Shown piece after piece: positions 26,041 to 32,000 of a stretch of DNA of 32,000 bases. The translations under genes and the position numbers were made by a program. The DNA is from Faecousia sp. (GTDB lineage: Bacteria; Bacillota; Clostridia; Oscillospirales; Oscillospiraceae). The notes beneath the pieces are model-generated. The model worked only from the letters and a program-made list of their open reading frames with translations. It searched no databases and had not been told where the DNA came from. Each line of letters opens with the position of its first letter. Within the stretch, counting starts at the first letter, position 1. Location of the stretch: assembly GCA_045591725.1 (NCBI GenBank), contig JAZNTI010000042.1:11464-43463 (forward strand), in the 5' to 3' direction.

Positions 26041-26067
26041 AATAAAGGGAGGGGCACGCCCCTCCCC
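26041..26067 (-). terminator. Intrinsic terminator after the SPFH gene
   Basis: An 8-bp stem GGGAGGGG (26047..26054) / CCCCTCCC (26059..26066) is followed on the minus strand by TTTATTTGT. Confidence 0.65.
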
Positions 26068-26080
26068 TAACGGTTATGAA

Positions 26081-27004
26081 TTACTTCTTAGTGCCTTCCA
26101 CGATGCCGTTGGCAAGACCAACCAGACCCTGCATCTCGCTGGGAATGATGATCTTGGTCGCCTGACCGTCAGCCACCTTCTGCATAGCCTCGATGGACTT
26201 GAGTTTGAGGACCTGATCATTGGGCGCGTTTTCATTCAGCAGTTGCAGAGAATCAGCCAGCGCCTTCTGCACCGCCATGATCGCCTGGGCCTCGCCGTCA
26301 GCCTTCAAAATGGCAGCCTGCTTTTCGGCTTCTGCCTTCAAAATAGCGGCTTCCTTCTCAGCGCTTGCGCGCAGAATGGCGGACTCCTTCTCACCTTCGG
26401 CGATCAGGATGGCAGACTTCTTCTGGCCTTCCGCCTGCAGGATCGCCTGACGGCGGTCACGCTCAGCCTTCATCTGCTTTTCCATGGAAGACTGAATATC
26501 AGCAGGAGGCAGAATGTTCTTCAGTTCCACGCGGTTGACCTTGATGCCCCAGGGGTCGGTGGCTTCGTCCAGGATGGCGCGCATCTTGGTGTTGACCACA
26601 TCGCGGGAAGTCAGCGTCTGGTCCAGTTCCAGGTCACCGATGATGTTACGCAGGGTGGTGGCAGTCAGGGTCTCCATTGCGGCCATGGGCTGCTCCACGC
26701 CGTAGGCGTACAGTTTGGGGTCGGTGATCTGGAAGTACACGACAGTATCGATCTGCATGGTAACATTATCCTTGGTGATCACAGGCTGGGGGGGATAGTC
26801 CAGGACCTGCTCTTTCAGGGAAACGCGACGGGCAATGCGGTCGATAAAGGGCACTTTAATGTGCAGGCCAACGCCCTGCACCTTGTGAAACGCGCCAAGA
26901 CGCTCGATAACGTAAGCACGGGACTGTTGTACCACAAAGATATTACGAATGACTACAAAAAACGCAACAACCAAAAGTCCAATAAGAATATAAATACCTT
27001 CCAT
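26081..27004 (-). CDS. SPFH/Band 7 (stomatin-like) membrane protein
   Basis: 307 aa with an N-terminal TM helix, then VVQQSRAYVIERLGAF...TKDNVTMQIDTVVYFQITDP, typical of the SPFH domain. The tail is a coiled coil rich in AEGEKESAILRA. Confidence 0.92.
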   Translation of the reverse strand: MEGIYILIGLLVVAFFVVIRNIFVVQQSRAYVIERLGAFHKVQGVGLHIKVPFIDRIARRVSLKEQVLDYPPQPVITKDNVTMQIDTVVYFQITDPKLYAYGVEQPMAAMETLTATTLRNIIGDLELDQTLTSRDVVNTKMRAILDEATDPWGIKVNRVELKNILPPADIQSSMEKQMKAERDRRQAILQAEGQKKSAILIAEGEKESAILRASAEKEAAILKAEAEKQAAILKADGEAQAIMAVQKALADSLQLLNENAPNDQVLKLKSIEAMQKVADGQATKIIIPSEMQGLVGLANGIVEGTKK

Positions 27005-27028
27005 AATTTAACCTCCAAAAATATAGAT

Positions 27029-27481
27029 TTAGGCTTTTACTTTCTCTTCAACGAGGGAAACGAATACCTTGACACCCTCAATACGCTCCACGCGCACAAG
27101 GCTGCCTTTGGAAATGGGCGCGCCGCTTTCACTGCGGGCAGTCCACTCCATGCCGCCAAGTTTTACCTGACCGGTGGCGGCGAGATTGTCGATATCTGCG
27201 GTAACATATCCTTCCGTGCCGATAATGGCATCCACATTGGTCTTGTTCAGTCCCGGCTTCAGGAACTTCTTGGTAAAGGGCCAAAGAGCCGCCAGAAGAC
27301 CAGCCGAAACCACCGCAAACACTGTGATCTGCAGCCAAAGTTCACCGCCCAAAGCAGATACTATGGCAGCAACCAGTGCGCCGGTCGCAAACCAAATGGA
27401 CACCAGATGGATGGCACAGGCAGCCTCCACCACAAGGAATATCACCATCAGAATCAGCCATACGATCGAATCCAAAATCAT
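27029..27481 (-). CDS. NfeD family membrane protein
   Basis: 150 aa with 3 TM helices and a C-terminal OB-fold-like segment (GYVTADI...GQVKLGGMEWTARS...GSLVRVERIEG). It lies upstream of the SPFH gene, the classical NfeD-SPFH operon. GGAGGA abuts the ATG at 27481, so TTG at 27475 may be the true start. Confidence 0.88.
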   Translation of the reverse strand: MILDSIVWLILMVIFLVVEAACAIHLVSIWFATGALVAAIVSALGGELWLQITVFAVVSAGLLAALWPFTKKFLKPGLNKTNVDAIIGTEGYVTADIDNLAATGQVKLGGMEWTARSESGAPISKGSLVRVERIEGVKVFVSLVEEKVKA

Positions 27482-27870
27482 TCCTCCTTCCGATGCGTTT
27501 CTGATGGATTAAGAATACCAAATTTTCATGGCTTCGTCAATTGACGTTTTGCTCAAATAACGCATTTTATTGGCATAAAACTTGGGTTTGTCCATCTGTT
27601 TTCGGTCAAAATGGAATTATTTTTCTGATTTTAAGGCAAATTGCACTTTTTTCGGTAAAAGCGGCACTTTTTTTGTGAAAAACCATGATTTTTCAATGCT
27701 TTTTCGCATTTTACACAGACAGCCCTTTCCGTAATTATTCCGCAAACACCTCTTTCTCATTACTTTTCATTTGGAAAAATGGAGTTTTTGTTGAATTTTT
27801 TCCGGGATCAGGCAACATTTTTGGCGCATTGCTGTATCCGTTTTTCCTGACGGAAAACGCGTGATTTTTC

Positions 27871-27899
27871 TTGACAAGCCAACGATTTACAAGTAAAAT
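27871..27899 (+). promoter_or_regulatory. Putative sigma-A promoter of rny with a leader of about 190 nt
   Basis: TTGACA (27871..27876), a 17-nt spacer, then TAAAAT (27894..27899). Confidence 0.55.
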
Positions 27900-28098
27900 A
27901 AGTTCGGTATAGTGTGCGCTGTGGGCAACTGTCCATTCAGCGTTTCATGGATATCCGGCAAAGCCGTAGTTATGGGATTTGCGCCTCATGGCGTTTTATT
28001 TGTAACGTTTAACTGAACAAATCTTACACATGGGGTTCATTGCGCCCACCTCTATGGCATCGCCATTATTTCAAAAGAAGGAGGTGCGCTCAGGAATT

Positions 28099-29649
28099 AT
28101 GGAATATTTGGATATTATTCTGATCGTCGTTGGCACTGTGGTAGGCCTGGCCGCCGGTTTCGGCTTCGGCATCGTTTACCGCAAGAAATTCGCTGAACGG
28201 GAGATCGGTTCTGCAGAGGCAGAAGCCACCCGCCTGATCAACGATGCAATCCGCAGCGGTGAGAGCCGCAAAAAGGAAATGCTTCTGGAAGCCAAAGACG
28301 AGATCCATAGATCCCGCACAGAGTACGAGCAGGAAGTAAAAGAGCGCCGCGCGGAACTGACCAAGCAGGAGCGCCGGCTGCAGCAAAAAGAAGAGACCCT
28401 GGACAAAAAGACAGACGCTTTTGAGCGCAAGGAAGAAGACCTTGCAAAGAAGATGGAAAATCTGGCACAGGCACAGGCCGAGGTGGAGACCATCCGCCGT
28501 CAGCAACTGGCCACCCTGGAATCCATCTCCGGCCTGACGCAGGAACAGGCCAAGCAGCACCTGCTGCAGACCGTGGAAGACGAAATGCGTCACGAAACGG
28601 CCATGAAGATCAAAGAGATCGAGCAGCAGATGAAGGACGAAGCAGACGAGAAGGCAAGGGAGATCCTCTCCACCGCCATCCAGCGCTGTGCCGCCGATCA
28701 CGCCGCGGAAGCCACCGTCTCCGTGGTGGCACTGCCCAACGACGAGATGAAGGGCCGCATCATCGGCCGCGAGGGCCGCAACATCCGCACCCTGGAGACC
28801 ATCACCGGCGTTGACCTGATCATCGACGATACCCCCGAAGCCATCACCGTCAGTTCTTTCGACCCCGTCCGCCGGGAGATCGCGAGACTGGCTCTGGAAA
28901 AACTCATCGTGGACGGCCGTATCCACCCCACCCGCATCGAGGACATGGTGGAAAAGGCACGCAAAGATGTAGACCGCACCATTCGCGAAGAGGGCGAGCG
29001 CGCTTGCTACGAAACCGGTGTGCACAACCTGCATCCGGAACTGGTGAAGATCCTGGGCCGCCAGAAGTACCGCACTTCTTACGGTCAGAATGTGCTGAAC
29101 CACTCCATCGAAGTGGCGCATATCGCCGGCCTTATGGCCGCAGAACTGGGCCTGGACGCCGCGCTGGCAAAGCGCGCAGGTCTGCTGCATGACCTGGGCA
29201 AGTCCATTGACCACGAGGTCGAAGGCAGCCACGTGCAGTTGGGCGCGGACCTTGCCAAGAAGTACAAGGAAAATCCCGTGGTCATCAACGCTATTGAGGC
29301 GCACCACGGTGATGTGGAGCCCAAGAGCACCATCGCTGTGCTGGTGCAGGCTGCTGACGCTGTCAGCGCTGCCCGTCCCGGCGCACGCCGCGAGAATGTG
29401 GAAAACTATATCCGCCGCCTGCAGAAACTGGAAGAACTCACCGGTTCTTACCCCGGTGTGGACAAGGCTTACGCCATCCAGGCCGGCCGCGAGGTGCGGA
29501 TCATGGTCAAGCCCGAAGTTGTGGACGAGGACAATATGATCATCATGGCGCGGGATATCGCCAAAAAGATCGAGGCCGAACTGGAATACCCCGGTCAGAT
29601 CAAGATCAACGTCATCCGCGAGACCAAGGCTGTAGAGTACGCAAAATAA
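28099..29649 (+). CDS. rny: Ribonuclease Y
   Basis: 516 aa with an N-terminal TM anchor ([20 protein letters not shown]), a Glu/Lys-rich coiled coil, a KH domain ([15 protein letters not shown]) and an HD domain (LLHDLGK). The ATG at 28099 is downstream of AAGGAGG; the ORF-track start at 28030 is an extension. Confidence 0.95.
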   Translation: MEYLDIILIVVGTVVGLAAGFGFGIVYRKKFAEREIGSAEAEATRLINDAIRSGESRKKEMLLEAKDEIHRSRTEYEQEVKERRAELTKQERRLQQKEETLDKKTDAFERKEEDLAKKMENLAQAQAEVETIRRQQLATLESISGLTQEQAKQHLLQTVEDEMRHETAMKIKEIEQQMKDEADEKAREILSTAIQRCAADHAAEATVSVVALPNDEMKGRIIGREGRNIRTLETITGVDLIIDDTPEAITVSSFDPVRREIARLALEKLIVDGRIHPTRIEDMVEKARKDVDRTIREEGERACYETGVHNLHPELVKILGRQKYRTSYGQNVLNHSIEVAHIAGLMAAELGLDAALAKRAGLLHDLGKSIDHEVEGSHVQLGADLAKKYKENPVVINAIEAHHGDVEPKSTIAVLVQAADAVSAARPGARRENVENYIRRLQKLEELTGSYPGVDKAYAIQAGREVRIMVKPEVVDEDNMIIMARDIAKKIEAELEYPGQIKINVIRETKAVEYAK

Positions 29650-29650
29650 A

Positions 29651-29686
29651 AGAAAATGCCCCGACGGCAAGTCGGGGCATTTTTTA
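29651..29686. terminator. Bidirectional terminator after rny
   Basis: A 10-bp stem ATGCCCCGAC (29656..29665) / GTCGGGGCAT (29671..29680), with an A-rich stretch on the 5' side and TTTTTTATTT on the 3' side. Confidence 0.85.
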
Positions 29687-30088
29687 TTTCATTTTCTTAT
29701 GCTTATAGCCCAAAATCAGCAGAACCGCCCACGCGAAAAGGCTCAGTCCCCAAATTTGGGAACACACCATGGGCACCGACACGATGATGAGCAGCCCATA
29801 CAGCACATCGCCAGCCACCCTGGACGCACCGACGGACAGAAAATTCACCACCAAAAGCACCAAAGTCGCCACCAAAGACGAAAGGCTGATGATCCGGATC
29901 AGCGCCACCAGTTTTTCGTTCTTGCTCTTAATGCCGCGGTACAAAAGCACAGAGGGCGGAACGAAAAACGCCACCGCCAGCAGCGCCATAAAGCCCGACA
30001 GCGCCCCCTCCTGCTCCGGCACAAAGGATATGACCGCGCACAGCACTGCCAACGCACCCCAAAGGATATACAGTTTCTTATTGCTCAT
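29684..30088 (-). CDS. Hypothetical 4-TM membrane protein
   Basis: 134-aa hydrophobic ORF whose ATG is preceded by GGAGGA. No family recognised. Confidence 0.65.
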   Translation of the reverse strand: MSNKKLYILWGALAVLCAVISFVPEQEGALSGFMALLAVAFFVPPSVLLYRGIKSKNEKLVALIRIISLSSLVATLVLLVVNFLSVGASRVAGDVLYGLLIIVSVPMVCSQIWGLSLFAWAVLLILGYKHKKMK

Positions 30089-30219
30089 GGTATTCCTCCG
30101 TTACCTGTTTTTTCCTATTGTACCCCAGGTCGGGCGGCTTGACAAGGAAAAAATACTGGACACTTGCGCATAATTCTGTTATAATTGTAAAAACATATAC
30201 GGAAAGGAAGTTGTTTCCT

Positions 30220-30675
30220 ATGAAATGTCCTTTTTGCGGCGATCAGGAAAGCAAGGTCGTCGATTCCCGTCACAACGAAGACGGCAATTCCATCCGCCGC
30301 CGCCGGGAGTGCATCGCCTGCCAGCGCCGTTTCACCACCTACGAATATGTAGAAAGTCTGCCTATCATCGTTGTCAAGCGCGACGGTACCCGTCAGAGTT
30401 TCGACCGCACCAAGATCCTCAACGCCATGGTGCGCGCTTTTGACAAGCGGAAGGTGGAGGTGTCCGAACTGGACCGCATCACCACCGAGATCGAGCAGGC
30501 CATTCAGAACTCTCTGGAGCGCGAAGTGTCCACCGACAAGATCGGTGAGATGGTCATGGAGCGCATCAAGAGTATCGACGAGGTGGCTTATATCCGTTTT
30601 GCTTCTGTCTACCGCCGTTTCCAGGACGTGGGCAGTTTCGTGCAGGAGATCAACCAGTTTCTGGAAAAGAAATAA
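30220..30675 (+). CDS. nrdR: Transcriptional repressor NrdR
   Basis: MKCPFCG...SKVVDSR...RRRRECIACQRRFTTYE forms the zinc ribbon, followed by an ATP-cone. The ATG at 30220 lies after GGAAAGGAAG; the ORF-track start at 30118 is an extension. Confidence 0.95.
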   Translation: MKCPFCGDQESKVVDSRHNEDGNSIRRRRECIACQRRFTTYEYVESLPIIVVKRDGTRQSFDRTKILNAMVRAFDKRKVEVSELDRITTEIEQAIQNSLEREVSTDKIGEMVMERIKSIDEVAYIRFASVYRRFQDVGSFVQEINQFLEKK

Positions 30676-30684
30676 GGAGTAATC

Positions 30685-31152
30685 ATGGATCTTGACGCAT
30701 TGAAGGTGCTGTTTGAAGATTTCGATCTGTCAGCCTTTCTTCCCGACCTTTCCGGCATCCAAGGCTGGATCGAGACCGTGCTGCGTGTGGCAGTTATGGC
30801 CGGTCCTATATTGCTGCTGGGTTTCGGTCTTCTTTACCTGATGGCGCCGCCCAAGGAAGCCAACCACGGCCTTGGATACCGCTTCTGGTGGGGCATGGCC
30901 AGTTTGCAAGCATGGCAGTTTACCCAAAAGGTCGCCGGTTTCGCCTGGACGGGTCTGGGCATCGGGCTGACCATCGTCATGGCCGTATGCTGCAACGCAT
31001 TCCGCCGCATGGAGATGGACGCCATGACCTGGTTCGCAGGAAAATGCCTGCTGTGGGAACTGGGTCTGATCGCCCTTTCCTGCCTGGTTATTGACATCAT
31101 CGTCATCGCCTGCTTCGACCGGCAGGGCTATCGCCGGGGCACCGACGAATAA
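30685..31152 (+). CDS. Hypothetical membrane protein co-transcribed with nrdR
   Basis: 155 aa with about 4 TM helices and an AAGGAG RBS, 9 nt after the nrdR stop. No family recognised. Confidence 0.65.
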   Translation: MDLDALKVLFEDFDLSAFLPDLSGIQGWIETVLRVAVMAGPILLLGFGLLYLMAPPKEANHGLGYRFWWGMASLQAWQFTQKVAGFAWTGLGIGLTIVMAVCCNAFRRMEMDAMTWFAGKCLLWELGLIALSCLVIDIIVIACFDRQGYRRGTDE

Positions 31153-31161
31153 CAACACCCA

Positions 31162-31192
31162 AAGAACAGCGGCTCAGCCGCTGTTCTTTTTT
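31162..31192 (+). terminator. Intrinsic terminator of the nrdR operon
   Basis: A 12-bp stem AAGAACAGCGGC (31162..31173) / GCCGCTGTTCTT (31177..31188) runs into TTTTTT. Confidence 0.85.
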
Positions 31193-31326
31193 GTCACGAT
31201 TCAACCGTTTCTCATCCTGTCTCCCCTGTCTTATATAGATGGTGAGGCATTGTTAACTCCCCCGGTCATTTGCTCATGCTTTCGCAAATGCCAGCCCCCT
31301 CAACACGAGGGAGCCATGGCTATGCA

Positions 31327-31354
31327 CATATTCTGCCTTCCAAACGCATAATCT
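31327..31354 (+). promoter_or_regulatory. Possible sigma-E-like (mother-cell) promoter upstream of ylmC-like gene
   Basis: CATATT (31327..31332), a 14-nt spacer, then CATAATCT (31347..31354). This resembles my recollection of the sigma-E pattern kmATATT-N14-CATACAhT. The match is weak and was made by eye only. Confidence 0.25.
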
Positions 31355-31382
31355 GTACCAAAATCTTTTAGGAGGCGTGGCT

Positions 31383-31664
31383 ATGTGCACCCGAATCACC
31401 GAACTAACCTGTAAAGAGGTCATCTGTATCTGCGACGGCAGGCGGCTGGGATTCATCTCCGATATCGAATTGGAGATCCCATCGGGCAAGGTGTTGGCCA
31501 TTGTTGTGCCCGGTCCGTGCAAACTTTTCGGCATTGCCGGACGCCGGGATGACTACGTGATCCCCTGGTCCTGCATTCGCCGCATCGGGCCGGACATCGT
31601 GCTGGTGGACGCCGATCCGGCTAATTGTTGCCGCCCAAGACCGAAACTGCACTTTTTCCCCTGA
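31383..31664 (+). CDS. YlmC/YmxH family sporulation protein (PRC-barrel)
   Basis: The pattern ELTCKEVICICDGRRLGFISDIELEIPSGKVLAIVVPG...RDDYVIPWSCIRRIGPDIVLVD is typical of the family. The ATG at 31383 lies 7 nt after GGAGG. Confidence 0.85.
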   Translation: MCTRITELTCKEVICICDGRRLGFISDIELEIPSGKVLAIVVPGPCKLFGIAGRRDDYVIPWSCIRRIGPDIVLVDADPANCCRPRPKLHFFP

Positions 31665-31703
31665 TTTTTATGGAATAAACCCGAAAAAATTTGGAAAAAA
31701 TAC

Positions 31704-31732
31704 TTGCAAAATGCATTTGCATCGGCTATAAT
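31704..31732 (+). promoter_or_regulatory. rpsB sigma-A promoter
   Basis: TTGCAA (31704..31709), a 17-nt spacer, then TATAAT (31727..31732). Confidence 0.6.
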
Positions 31733-31862
31733 GTATCGGCATGGGTATGCCCATGACACTATTTTAACGCCACACACCCGGTGATCGTACCCCCAAGTGC
31801 CTGAAAAGGCGGGCAGTGCGAGATGAACGGGGTGGAGGAAAAACAAAAGGAGATTTTAAAAA

Positions 31863-32000
31863 ATGGCTGTCGTATCTATGAAACAACTGCTGGAGGCCGG
31901 CGTGCACTTCGGTCACCAGACCCGCCGCTGGAACCCCAAAATGGCTCCCTACATCTACACCGAGCGTAACGGTATCTACATCATCGACCTGCAGAAGACC
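31863..32000 (+). CDS. rpsB: 30S ribosomal protein S2, 5' partial (runs off the window)
   Basis: The translation [46 protein letters not shown] is the conserved S2 N-terminus. AAGGAG RBS is present. It is absent from the ORF track because there is no stop codon within the window. Confidence 0.95.
   Translation, partial: MAVVSMKQLLEAGVHFGHQTRRWNPKMAPYIYTERNGIYIIDLQKT

Noticed and set aside
25910-27544. 544-aa ORF antisense to the SPFH and NfeD genes
   Set aside because: It spans two real minus-strand genes and their spacer, and has no RBS or motif.
27685-27864. 59-aa Phe-rich ORF in the rny upstream spacer
   Set aside because: It has no Shine-Dalgarno sequence. The Phe richness simply reflects T-tracts. 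It is just below the ORF-track cutoff and I have no supporting evidence for it. Ribosome profiling could revisit this.
28090-29670. 526-aa ORF antisense to rny
   Set aside because: It is a mirror-frame artefact; RNase Y on the plus strand has TM, KH and HD signatures.

Overview
This is a GC-rich chromosomal segment (mid-50s % GC by eye). Gene content and order indicate a Firmicutes/Clostridia (Oscillospiraceae-like) genome. All calls come from reading the sequence and the translated ORFs; no database search was run.

Most of the window is conserved housekeeping DNA:
- Left part: a short aspartate kinase, an ACT-domain protein, ytvI, recJ, rel, dtd, an MBL hydrolase, a hemZ-like radical SAM gene, an amidohydrolase, a MurJ/SpoVB-like flippase, hup and a yabO-like S4 gene.
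- Middle (minus strand): yihY, a YloV/FakA-like DAK2 gene, asp23, gpmI, recG and rpsT.
- Right part: sigG, an NfeD-SPFH pair, rny, nrdR, a ylmC-like gene and the 5' end of rpsB.

I see no rRNA, tRNA, CRISPR array, transposase, integrase, prophage or recognisable defence genes. I cannot point to a clear multi-gene novel system.

The parts that ordinary annotation does not explain are:
1. A translationally coupled DUF5685-like protein plus a J-domain/TPR protein with a cysteine-string-like tail.
2. A lipoprotein carrying four 26-aa cysteine repeats, inserted between recG and gpmI.
3. A roughly 640-bp AT-rich rpsT-sigG spacer. It holds a perfect tandem Spo0A-box pair and five exact copies of the DnaA-box-like 9-mer TGTGGAAAA.
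4. A cobalamin riboswitch behind a perfect consensus promoter, controlling a DUF4430 lipoprotein and an orphan ECF S component.
5. A catalytic-domain-only aspartate kinase next to a stand-alone ACT protein.
6. A roughly 600-bp ORF-free AT-rich spacer with a long leader upstream of rny.

Many long ORFs antisense to real genes are GC-driven artefacts and were rejected.
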